Assembly (NCBI GenBank): GCA_964449585.1 | Contig: CAYUZE010000003.1 | Span: forward strand, 4,021 to 68,020 | Length of the DNA: 64,000 nt | Direction: 5' to 3' | DNA from: an uncultured Gammaproteobacteria bacterium | Lineage (GTDB): Bacteria; Patescibacteriota; Microgenomatia; UBA10105; UBA927 | Part shown: piece after piece, positions 9,349-17,835 of the stretch | How positions within the stretch are numbered: position 1 is the first letter of the stretch | How the letters are laid out: each line of letters starts with the position of its first letter | Translations under genes and position numbers: made by a program | Notes under the pieces: model-generated | Databases searched by the model: none | Seen by the model: only the letters and a program-made list of their open reading frames with translations | Told to the model about the DNA's origin: nothing

Positions 9349-10134
9349 CTACGAAGCAAGCCGGAAGAGCGCTTGTGCGTTTCGCGTGGTGGTTTCTTGA
9401 ATGGTATCAACCGACTTTCCTTGAAGCGCGGCAATTTTTTCCGCGATAAGAGGAATGTACTTGGGTTCGTTTCGCTTGCCCCGATGCGGGACGGGAGTAA
9501 GATACGGTGCATCTGTTTCCAAAACGAGCGATTCCTCGGGAATGTGCGGAACAATCAGCGGCAGTTGTTTGGAGTAGGTTACGTTCCCGTCGATGCCGAT
9601 AAAGAATCCCATGGATGTGGCGATTCGTAAATCCTGCTGGCTTCCCGAAAAACAATGAAAAACGCCGCGCGGGATTTTCGGAAGTCCCTGTAAGATGGTG
9701 AACACATCCTCAAATGCCTCGCGGCAATGAATAATAACGGGTAAATCAAATCGTACGGCAAGATTGAGCTGTTCGACGAAGAGCCGTTGTTGTACATCTT
9801 TTCTGCCGGCGGCGACTTCTCCCCGGTATTCATGGTAATCCAAGCCGCACTCGCCGACGGCAACGATGAGCGATTTGTTATCCGGGTCAACCAGTAACGT
9901 TTCAAGATAGCTTAGGTCGGGGTTTTTCGGTGCCTCATACGGATGGAACCCGACGCCCGCGAAAATAACGCCGTTGTGCACCCGGGCAAGATGCAATGCG
10001 GTGCGACAGGAATTATGATCAACTCCGGGAACGATAAACTGTTTGACTCCGGCTTTTTTTGCGTTTCCGATAACACTTGCGCGATCATCGTCAAAATCGG
10101 CAAAATTTAATTGTACGTGCGTGTCGATGTACAT
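9349..10134 (-). CDS. tatD: TatD family hydrolase
   Basis: IDTH, GFHP, VGECGLDY, IIHCREA, GVFHCFSG and LETDAPYL motifs. Confidence 0.93.
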   Translation of the reverse strand: MYIDTHVQLNFADFDDDRASVIGNAKKAGVKQFIVPGVDHNSCRTALHLARVHNGVIFAGVGFHPYEAPKNPDLSYLETLLVDPDNKSLIVAVGECGLDYHEYRGEVAAGRKDVQQRLFVEQLNLAVRFDLPVIIHCREAFEDVFTILQGLPKIPRGVFHCFSGSQQDLRIATSMGFFIGIDGNVTYSKQLPLIVPHIPEESLVLETDAPYLTPVPHRGKRNEPKYIPLIAEKIAALQGKSVDTIQETTTRNAQALFRLAS

Positions 10135-10182
10135 ATATATTGACTAATATCCGTTACCTATTAACGGGTAATAAATGAACTT

Positions 10183-11622
10183 TTATGTAAGACGGGGGAA
10201 GAGTGGTGCACCCGTCGTTATCGTTGAACCGGAAAACTGTCTGATAATTTTTTCCGCGGTTTCCGGCATAAACGGCCGTAATAAAATGGCGATCGAACGA
10301 ATGGCGGTTATTGCCGTTTCAAGCGCCTGCTGTTTTTTCTCTCCCTCGAGTTTCCACGGCGCGGTATCATTGATGTGTTGATCGGCTGCTTTAATGTCAA
10401 TCCACACCGATTTTATCGCTTCGTCAAAGGCGAACTTTTTAAGCGATGTTTCGTATTCGGTTTGTGCGATGGCTTGTGCAAAATCGCCGATGTCATAAGG
10501 GGCAAACGTAAGACCTTCGGCAAGTTTCGCCACACGGGAAACCAGGTTCCCTAAACCGTTTGCCAAATCGGCATTATAGAGTTCGATGAATCGCCGTTCG
10601 GAAAAATCTCCGTCAGCGGTTGCAGGTATCTCTCGCAAAAAATAATACCGAATCGCATCCGTTCCGTATTTATCAATCAGCGTATGCGGATCGATCACAT
10701 TTCCTAACGTTTTACTCATCTTCTGTCCGTTCACGGTGAAGTATCCGTGGACAAAGAGAGCCTTTGGGGTGGGAAGGCCTGCGGAAAGTAAAAATGCCGG
10801 CCAATATACCGCATGAAACCGTGATATGCCTTTGCCGATCACATGGACATCCGCTGGCCACCATTTTTTGTATTCGTTTTCATCCCAACCGAATCCGACT
10901 CCGGATTGATAAATGTTTAACGCATCAAACCATACGTACATGCGCTGGGTATCGTCACCCGGTACCGGGACTCCCCAGTTTTTTGCCCGCTCATTGCTTC
11001 GGGATATGCTTATGTCCGTGAGCGGTTGCTTAAGAAATGACAACACTTCATTTTTCCGCGTAAGCGGCGTGATGGAAAGTTTGTCCGTCTCAATCAGGTG
11101 TATGATTTTGTCCTGATACTTTGACAGACGGAAAAAGTAATTTTCTTCTTTGACGACATCCAATTTTTTCCCGGGATGTTCAAAACACTCGCCGTTCTCA
11201 TTGAGTTCTTCGGGCTCGTAAAACGTTTCGCATCCCACACAGTAAAGTCCCTCGTAGGATTTTTTGTAGATATCTCCGGCTTTATCGCAGAGTTGCCATA
11301 GTGTTTGGCTGGCGGGGAAGTGATGGTTCGTATCACTGCCTTTCTGCCAGATATCGAACTGACAGCCTAGGGCCTTGGTAAGTTCATAAAACTTCGTATT
11401 ATTTTCATCGATAAATTGTTGTACGGGAACGCCGGCCTTTTCCGCCGCCTGCACATTTTTTAAAGCATTCTCATCGCCTCCGGATAGTAACCGCACATCA
11501 TCACCTAACAGGCGGTGAAACCGTGCGATCACGTCTCCCTGAACGAACTCGAGCGCGTGTCCTATGTGGGGAGCGGCATTAACGTAGGGGATAGCGCAGG
11601 TAATATAGAATTTGTTTGTCAT
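10183..11622 (-). CDS. metG: Methionine--tRNA ligase (short monomeric form)
   Basis: Start refined to MTNKFY. PYVNAAPHIGH, Zn-knuckle YCVGCE, YVWFDAL and KMSKTLGN. No C-terminal tRNA-binding domain. Confidence 0.97.
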   Translation of the reverse strand: MTNKFYITCAIPYVNAAPHIGHALEFVQGDVIARFHRLLGDDVRLLSGGDENALKNVQAAEKAGVPVQQFIDENNTKFYELTKALGCQFDIWQKGSDTNHHFPASQTLWQLCDKAGDIYKKSYEGLYCVGCETFYEPEELNENGECFEHPGKKLDVVKEENYFFRLSKYQDKIIHLIETDKLSITPLTRKNEVLSFLKQPLTDISISRSNERAKNWGVPVPGDDTQRMYVWFDALNIYQSGVGFGWDENEYKKWWPADVHVIGKGISRFHAVYWPAFLLSAGLPTPKALFVHGYFTVNGQKMSKTLGNVIDPHTLIDKYGTDAIRYYFLREIPATADGDFSERRFIELYNADLANGLGNLVSRVAKLAEGLTFAPYDIGDFAQAIAQTEYETSLKKFAFDEAIKSVWIDIKAADQHINDTAPWKLEGEKKQQALETAITAIRSIAILLRPFMPETAEKIIRQFSGSTITTGAPLFPRLT

Positions 11623-11648
11623 ACTCCGTATTTTACTACATTCGGTAT

Positions 11649-11930
11649 TTAGCCGATGGGGGGTTCTCCTTTCCATTTGTTTATGCCTCTTTGTACATCG
11701 GCTGCTTCCTCGTAGGGAAGCAGTTCGGAAAGCGATACCACTCGTACCGGCACCGCCTGCGAATACATCTTTTTCCGTTTGGTAAATCCGTGAAGCGACA
11801 TATCTATCGAATGATTTTGGATAAGCACACGCGCACAGTCTCCCTCGGCTGTTATCAGCGTGACGTCATAGACGGTACCGTCGATGGGTAATCGATAGGT
11901 TTTTCCGATAGTGAATTGTTCGTGATTCAT
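11649..11930 (-). CDS. Hypothetical 93-aa protein, first gene after the Met attenuator
   Basis: Preceded by GGAGGT and fills the space between the terminator and metG. No family recognised. Confidence 0.6.
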   Translation of the reverse strand: MNHEQFTIGKTYRLPIDGTVYDVTLITAEGDCARVLIQNHSIDMSLHGFTKRKKMYSQAVPVRVVSLSELLPYEEAADVQRGINKWKGEPPIG

Positions 11931-11956
11931 AGTTACGCTATACCTCCAATGACAAC

Positions 11957-11981
11957 AAAAAAACCCCGCCTGGCGGGGTTT
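11957..11981 (-). terminator. Intrinsic (attenuator) terminator
   Basis: Minus strand AAACCCCGC-CAG-GCGGGGTTT-TTTT: GC-rich stem followed by U7. Confidence 0.88.
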
Positions 11982-12005
11982 GATGTTTCCATGAGCAAAC
12001 CTCCG

Positions 12006-12050
12006 TCAGCCGGATGTGTTTGCCATCATCATGGAAATGCGATTCGTCAT
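12006..12050 (-). CDS. Attenuator leader peptide MTNRISMMMANTSG (14 aa)
   Basis: Minus strand ATG ACG AAT CGC ATT TCC ATG ATG ATG GCA AAC ACA TCC GGC TGA, starting 10 nt after an extended -10 box. Confidence 0.78.
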   Translation of the reverse strand: MTNRISMMMANTSG

Positions 12051-12060
12051 GTCAGCGGTA

Positions 12061-12088
12061 ACTATAGCACAAACGGCGCTCTTTTCAA
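12061..12088 (-). promoter_or_regulatory. Promoter of the leader-ORF93-metG-tatD unit
   Basis: Minus strand TTGAAA (12088-12083), 16 nt, TATAGT (12066-12061) with a TGc extension. Confidence 0.65.
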
Positions 12089-12405
12089 ACCGTTGTATCC
12101 TTCCAAAGGTACTCAAGGGCAATAATGCAGGCGATCATCAGCAGGAAATACAACGGATGCTTTAATCCCAGCATACGGAGCAAAAGATAGAGAACTATCC
12201 CCGCGGCGATAACGAGCGAACGACGGATACTACCGCCCAGGTATAACGAAAATAGTACTACCGCCGAGGCAAGCAAAACAAAGAATATGCCGATGGGGAC
12301 AAACGAATCAGGCGGCACGAGCGTAATAAACGCGGAAAGCAGAATAAGACCGGTTACCGCAAAAAAAAGGTGGAGGGGATTTTTGGACACGCGTATTCTC
12401 TCCAT
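12085..12405 (-). CDS. Small 4-TM membrane protein, unknown function
   Basis: Four hydrophobic segments. TACAAT lies 6 nt before the ATG. Confidence 0.7.
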   Translation of the reverse strand: MERIRVSKNPLHLFFAVTGLILLSAFITLVPPDSFVPIGIFFVLLASAVVLFSLYLGGSIRRSLVIAAGIVLYLLLRMLGLKHPLYFLLMIACIIALEYLWKDTTV

Positions 12406-12452
12406 ATATTTATTGTAGGCGAGTTTAGGAGCGTGCTACAATGGGTGCGATC

Positions 12453-13481
12453 ATGAACCCCGATTTTTTTATCCTCGTTGGCGTTATCATTGTCGGTTTC
12501 GTTATTCTCGCCTTGCTGATAAAACAAGAGTTGTCCCGTCTTGGACAACACCGGCAGGATCCGACGCTCATCGAATGGTTGCGGTCCATGCAGCTCTCCA
12601 TTGAGAGCACGAACAAAGCGTTAAACGAGGCGATGCGCGGGCAAACCACCGACGTCAACCGCCTTTTACAACAAAACACCCGGCAACTGAATGAACGCCT
12701 TGATACGGCGGCACGTGTTATCGGGGATCTTAAGCAAAATCTGGGGGAAATGTCCGAAGTAGGCAAGGGCATCCGCAGTTTGCAGGAATTTTTACAGTCA
12801 CCCAAACTGCGGGGGAACATCGGGGAACAGGTGCTCTATGACATGATCGGACAATCGTTTCCGAAAAATTCCTTTCATTTGCAATACGCGTTCAAAAGCG
12901 GGGTGAAGGTCGATGCGGTGCTAAAAACCGATGCGGGGCTTTTGTGTGTGGACTCCAAGTTCCCTATGGAAAACTTCACAAAGATGCATAAGGGGTTAAC
13001 GGAGGCGGACAGAACACAGGCGAAGAAAGATTTCGTCGGTGACGTCAAAAAACACATCACGGATATCGGGAAAAAATATATCTTACCCGAAGAAGGAACC
13101 ATGGATTTTGCGCTTATGTATATCCCGAGTGAGGGAGTCTATTACGAGATCGCCAACATGGAGGATCTCATGACCTATGCACGCAAACAGCGCGTCTATC
13201 CGGTATCTCCCAACACGCTCTACGCGCATTTACAGGTATTACTCCTCTCTTTCCAGGGCAAAGATTTGGAACAGAAATCACGACGGTTATTTCAGCTTCT
13301 TCGCGGTATCCAAAAGGACTATACAAAAATTGAAGAGGGTTTGGGAACGCTCGGCAAGCATATCAATAATGCCTATAATTCCATGGGAAGCGTTTCCGGA
13401 TCATTTTCGTTGCTCGGGCAAAAATTAACCCAGACCCAGGTGCTCGAAACCGAGGAGGAAGAGAAAAAACAACTTGAGTAA
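12453..13481 (+). CDS. rmuC: DNA recombination protein RmuC
   Basis: N-terminal TM and coiled coil, RGNIGE, VDSKFP, KKYI..EGTMDFALMYIPSE and VSPNTL. Start refined to MNPDFF. Confidence 0.92.
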   Translation: MNPDFFILVGVIIVGFVILALLIKQELSRLGQHRQDPTLIEWLRSMQLSIESTNKALNEAMRGQTTDVNRLLQQNTRQLNERLDTAARVIGDLKQNLGEMSEVGKGIRSLQEFLQSPKLRGNIGEQVLYDMIGQSFPKNSFHLQYAFKSGVKVDAVLKTDAGLLCVDSKFPMENFTKMHKGLTEADRTQAKKDFVGDVKKHITDIGKKYILPEEGTMDFALMYIPSEGVYYEIANMEDLMTYARKQRVYPVSPNTLYAHLQVLLLSFQGKDLEQKSRRLFQLLRGIQKDYTKIEEGLGTLGKHINNAYNSMGSVSGSFSLLGQKLTQTQVLETEEEEKKQLE

Positions 13482-13485
13482 TCCT

Positions 13486-14031
13486 ATGAAAAACGCACTC
13501 ATTCTTCACGGTACGGCAAATGACCATACAGGTAATTGGTTTCCGTGGTTAACCCGCGAGTTGGAAAAGCGGGGATTTCTTGTCTATTGTCCCGACCTTC
13601 CCCGACCGGAACGTCCGAATATCGATCGGTACACCAATCATATTTTGGCTCATTGGCAACCGACGAATGATTCAATCATCGTCGGTCATTCCTCGGGAGC
13701 CGTAGAGATTTTGGGTTTGCTCCCTCGAATTCCTGAGAATGTGGTTGTTGCAAAAGCCATACTGGTTGCGGGATTTACCGATTCGCTGGGAGATACGAAA
13801 TCGGAACTTTTTGCTACCCCGTTTGATTACCCGACGATTAAGAAAAAAGCGAGAAAATTCATATTTTTTCACTCGGATACCGATCCGTATGTTCCGTTAT
13901 ATCACGGGGAGAAACTCAAGGCACTCCTCGGTGGGGAGCTTATTATCGTTCCTGATCAGGGGCATTTTAATTTGGAAAAAGGTCCGCAGTATAAGGAGTT
14001 CCCCCTGTTGCTCGAAAAGATACTCGAGTAG
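13486..14031 (+). CDS. RBBP9/YdeN family alpha/beta hydrolase
   Basis: ILHG, NWFPWL, VGHSSG, SDTDPYVP and GHF motifs. Confidence 0.88.
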   Translation: MKNALILHGTANDHTGNWFPWLTRELEKRGFLVYCPDLPRPERPNIDRYTNHILAHWQPTNDSIIVGHSSGAVEILGLLPRIPENVVVAKAILVAGFTDSLGDTKSELFATPFDYPTIKKKARKFIFFHSDTDPYVPLYHGEKLKALLGGELIIVPDQGHFNLEKGPQYKEFPLLLEKILE

Positions 14032-14048
14032 GTTATAATGACTGCATC

Positions 14049-16994
14049 ATGGCAAGCGTCCCCGTAAGCGGTAAAACACTTAACGTAGAGCAACAGTCAG
14101 CGGTACTCTTCGGTGACGGACCGCTTCTTATCATTGCCGGTGCGGGAACGGGCAAAACCACCGTCGTCACGGAACGCATCAAGCATCTCATCGCTTCGGG
14201 TAAAGCACTTCCTTCTGAAATACTTGCGCTCACCTTCACGGAAAAAGCCGCCAAAGAAATGGAGGAGCGGGTTGATGTCATCATGCCGTACGGCTATACG
14301 AACATGTGGATATCCACCTTCCACAAATTTTGCGACAGACTGCTTCGCCAGGAAGCGATCCACGTGGGATTAAATCCCGCCTATAAACTTATGACGGATA
14401 CGGATGCGACCATGGTTTTTCGGAATCATTTATATGATTTTCAGCTTCAGTATTTCCGTCCGTTAGGGAATCCCACCAAATTTATTAAGGGCATGTTACA
14501 GCATATATCGCGGTTGCAGGATGAAGACATATCTCCCGATGCCTATCTCAAATGGGTGAAGGAGAAAAAATCAAAAGTCACCGGTGAAGAAGAAGAACTT
14601 GAAGTACAAAAATATGAGGAACTTGCCGGCTGTTACAAAATGTACCAGGACATAAAAGTACGGGAAGGGCTCATGGATTTCGGGGATCTCATCACCCGGA
14701 CGCTCTCACTCCTAAGGGAACGGAAGAATATATTACGTTTTTATCAGAAACAGTTTAAGTATGTTTTGGTTGACGAATTTCAGGATACCAATATCGCACA
14801 AAATGAACTGGTCGTACTCTTATCCGGCACAAAACAGAATATCACTGCGGTATGTGACGATGACCAAAGTATCTATAAATTCCGGGGGGCTGCGGTATCC
14901 AACGTGTTAAGTTTTCGGAAACATTTTCCCAAGGCAAAACTCATCGTCTTGAGCCAAAACTACCGTTCTTCGCAGGCGATTCTCGATGCAAGTTATCAGC
15001 TGATTCAAAACAACAACCCCGATAGGTTAGAGGTCAAGGAACATATCAATAAGAAGCTTACCGCCACACGAGATACGGCGGCGGTATGGCCGACACTTAT
15101 ATATGTCGATCGGGTGGAAAATGAAGCCGATGAAGTGGCTAAAAAAATACATACGCTGGTTTCCTCCGGGGATCGCGACGCTTCGTATGAGTGGAAGGAT
15201 ATTGCGATTCTTGTGCGTGCCAATAATCATGCGGAGCCGTTTGTTCGTGCGTTCATACGCCATAACATCCCGTATCAATTCTTGGGTCCCGGACAGTTAT
15301 TCCGCCAGCCGGAAATAAAGGATCTTATTGCCTATCTTCAGGTAATACATAATTTTGAAGACAGCGTGGCTCTTTTCCGTATTTATTCTATGGAATACTT
15401 TGCCATGAACGCCCGTGATATCTCCGCCGTGACCATTTTTGCCAAAAAACAGAACATGTCGCTTTTTGAAGCGAGCGAGATAATTGCGGGGACTACCGTC
15501 CGCGAGGGAATAACTCCTCCTAATATCTCTCAAGATACGACCGCAAAGATTACCTCGCTTATCACGATGATCCATAAGCACCTCGGACTCGTGACGCAGG
15601 AGAGTGCGGGACAGATACTATTTTATTTTCTTTCCGATACCGGCATGCTGAAAAATATTCTTGAATATAGCGCTCCGATCGACGAAAAAATCGCCAACAA
15701 CGTTTCCAAATTTTTCAGCAAACTTAAGACGTACGAGACGGATCATGATGATGCAAGTGTTACGGCGGTTCTCGACTGGATTGAATTATCGATGGATTTA
15801 GGAGAGTCGCCGCTTTCCGGAGATACCGACTGGACGACCAACAACGCCGTCAATATTCTTTCGGTGCACGGCTCGAAAGGATTGGAGTTTCCTGTCGTTT
15901 TCCTGGTGAACATGGTGTCGGCGCGGTTTCCCACAACGGAAAGAAGGGAAACGATCCCCATCCCCGAGGAGCTTATTAAGGAAGATTTACCGGAAGGGGA
16001 TTATCATTTGCAGGAAGAGCGGCGACTTTGTTATGTCGGTATGACGAGGGCACGGGATCTGTTGTTTTTCACCGGGGCAAATTATTACGGTGAAGGAAAG
16101 CGCGAGAAAAAACTCTCGCCGTTTGTGCATGAGGTGATCCGTGATACGGCGATTATTCCGCCGCATGAACAACCGGAACAGATATCGCTCCTGGATTGGA
16201 AGAAAAACGAACAGAAAAACAGCAATGAGTCGAAGGCATCTCCCGTGACCGTGACATACCTTTCCTATTCGCAGATAGAAACGTTCCGATTATGTCCGTT
16301 GCACTACAAACTGCGCTACCTCCTCAATATTCCCACACCGCCGTCCGCTTCATCATCATTCGGTACAAGTATTCATAACGCACTCTTTGATTTTTATTCC
16401 CTTCATGCAAAAGGGGAGAAGGTAACCAAGGCGATTCTTTTGTCATTGCTGGACAAGCGATGGAAACACGAAGGGTATGAAACGAAAGCACGGGAAGCAC
16501 TGCTTCATAAAAAAGGAGAAGAATATTTATCCCAGTACTATACCGATCAATATGACAAAAAAACGACGGTGGCCGCGCTCGAACAGCCGTTTACCGTTGC
16601 GGTTACGCATGAGGGGAAGTCGGTAAAAATCGGAGGAAAGATTGATCGTATTGACGTTCTTCCCGATGGGAAAATAGAAATTATCGACTATAAAACGGGA
16701 AGAATGCCGAGCAAAAGGGAGGTTGATGCCAATCTCCAGCTATCCATTTATGCCTTGGCGGCAAGTTCCATACCGGGTTTGCCGTTTGGCAAACGGAGCG
16801 AAGACATCCTCCTCTCGTTATATTTTTTCGATACGAAAACAAAAGTTTCCACGACACGAACCGAAGCACAACTTGAAAGCGAGCGGGCAGCGATAATCGG
16901 TATCGCAAAACAGATTGAAGGCTCCGATTTCCGTTGTTCCGGTAACATCCTCTGTAAAGAATGCGAATATCGTATGTTTTGCGGGATATCGTAG
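14049..16994 (+). CDS. UvrD/SF1A helicase fused to a C-terminal PD-(D/E)XK nuclease (AdnAB/AddA-like)
   Basis: AGAGTGKT, TFTEKAA, VDEFQD, DDDQSIY.FRGA, NYRS, SKGLEF and EERRL.YVGMTRA. Nuclease region SYSQI..F..CP, GKIDRID, IIDYKTG, QL..Y and terminal Cys residues. Confidence 0.92.
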   Translation: MASVPVSGKTLNVEQQSAVLFGDGPLLIIAGAGTGKTTVVTERIKHLIASGKALPSEILALTFTEKAAKEMEERVDVIMPYGYTNMWISTFHKFCDRLLRQEAIHVGLNPAYKLMTDTDATMVFRNHLYDFQLQYFRPLGNPTKFIKGMLQHISRLQDEDISPDAYLKWVKEKKSKVTGEEEELEVQKYEELAGCYKMYQDIKVREGLMDFGDLITRTLSLLRERKNILRFYQKQFKYVLVDEFQDTNIAQNELVVLLSGTKQNITAVCDDDQSIYKFRGAAVSNVLSFRKHFPKAKLIVLSQNYRSSQAILDASYQLIQNNNPDRLEVKEHINKKLTATRDTAAVWPTLIYVDRVENEADEVAKKIHTLVSSGDRDASYEWKDIAILVRANNHAEPFVRAFIRHNIPYQFLGPGQLFRQPEIKDLIAYLQVIHNFEDSVALFRIYSMEYFAMNARDISAVTIFAKKQNMSLFEASEIIAGTTVREGITPPNISQDTTAKITSLITMIHKHLGLVTQESAGQILFYFLSDTGMLKNILEYSAPIDEKIANNVSKFFSKLKTYETDHDDASVTAVLDWIELSMDLGESPLSGDTDWTTNNAVNILSVHGSKGLEFPVVFLVNMVSARFPTTERRETIPIPEELIKEDLPEGDYHLQEERRLCYVGMTRARDLLFFTGANYYGEGKREKKLSPFVHEVIRDTAIIPPHEQPEQISLLDWKKNEQKNSNESKASPVTVTYLSYSQIETFRLCPLHYKLRYLLNIPTPPSASSSFGTSIHNALFDFYSLHAKGEKVTKAILLSLLDKRWKHEGYETKAREALLHKKGEEYLSQYYTDQYDKKTTVAALEQPFTVAVTHEGKSVKIGGKIDRIDVLPDGKIEIIDYKTGRMPSKREVDANLQLSIYALAASSIPGLPFGKRSEDILLSLYFFDTKTKVSTTRTEAQLESERAAIIGIAKQIEGSDFRCSGNILCKECEYRMFCGIS

Positions 16995-17002
16995 CGGTGA
17001 AG

Positions 17003-17827
17003 TCAGGGGAGCGGATAATACAACTCATTTCCTCCGAATCCTTCTTTGAATTTCGTAAAACCCTTCCACTCCGTGTTTTTGTTCGCGATTCGTTCGTCCC
17101 ATACACCGACAAAATCAAATGCGGTCATTTTTCGTAGCTTTGCAAGTTTTATCGCCTCCCACACAAGAAGCGTCGGGGCAAAAAGTTTTTTCCCGTGACG
17201 GCTTGCTCCCGCGATCCAGTAATAGCCGATATGATCGCAAAAGAGCATGAGTACGGTACCCACCGCTTTCCCTTTTGGATCATAGGCAAAAAGAATCGCT
17301 TTATTTTTTTTCGGCAAAATTTCCCACAATTTGGTAATACCCGTGGTGGTGATAAATCCCAATAATCCCGCAGATCTATTTTTTAGGGTAACCATCGCGG
17401 ATATATCTTCGGAAACCTTGGTGGTTACTCCTGCTTTGAGCGCTCTGCGCACCGCGCGGCGCTTTGCCTCGCTCAATCGGGAAAACAATTCATCTTCTGA
17501 CTTGGTAAGCGGGATGCGTATGGTTTTTGTGGGAATATAGGGATCCTTGTTTATGGTCATATCTTTCGCCATCGTATTTGTCCACCGGGTGAGATCAGTC
17601 TGTCGTACCCTACTGTCAGGCTCAATGACAAGCGTCCGAACGCCGTAAGACTGGAGGATCCGCAGGAGTTTCTTCCGGTCGGGAAGTTTTACGCATCGCT
17701 GGATTTTTGCTATACCGCCGACAAACCAAAACGGTCTGATGTAAATAAACGTTCCGTCGAGGATTTCCACTTTCCAACCCAATGAGCGGATATATTTCGC
17801 ATAAAGCGGTGATTGTTGTATTTCCAT
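17003..17827 (-). CDS. FemABX-family peptidoglycan bridge peptidyltransferase
   Basis: Start refined to MEIQQS. SEDELFSRL, RRAVRRA, LLVWEAI, FDFVG and GFTKFKEGFGG. Confidence 0.85.
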   Translation of the reverse strand: MEIQQSPLYAKYIRSLGWKVEILDGTFIYIRPFWFVGGIAKIQRCVKLPDRKKLLRILQSYGVRTLVIEPDSRVRQTDLTRWTNTMAKDMTINKDPYIPTKTIRIPLTKSEDELFSRLSEAKRRAVRRALKAGVTTKVSEDISAMVTLKNRSAGLLGFITTTGITKLWEILPKKNKAILFAYDPKGKAVGTVLMLFCDHIGYYWIAGASRHGKKLFAPTLLVWEAIKLAKLRKMTAFDFVGVWDERIANKNTEWKGFTKFKEGFGGNELYYPLP

Positions 17828-17835
17828 AACGATGT

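Larger units (their letters stand above)
11957..12050 (-). promoter_or_regulatory. Ribosome-mediated transcription attenuator (Met-sensing leader)
   Basis: Leader ORF with three tandem ATG codons. Mutually exclusive protector (12037-11986), antiterminator (12009-11970) and terminator (11981-11957) pairings. Confidence 0.8.

Noticed and set aside
10148-10171. Hairpin between metG and tatD as a terminator
   Set aside because: On the coding strand the stem has a mismatch and no U-run, so it is too weak to call.
11931-12084. T-box or SAM riboswitch upstream of metG
   Set aside because: No T-box GGUGG-ACC antiterminator motif and no SAM-I core seen. The region is short and fully accounted for by the leader-peptide structure.
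11916-12125. 69-aa plus-strand ORF across the metG upstream region
   Set aside because: Non-ATG start, no recognisable features, and it is antisense to the attenuator and leader peptide, which explain the sequence better.
16250-16994. Cas4 gene or CRISPR adaptation module
   Set aside because: The nuclease is fused to a UvrD helicase. No cas1/cas2 or array is present.
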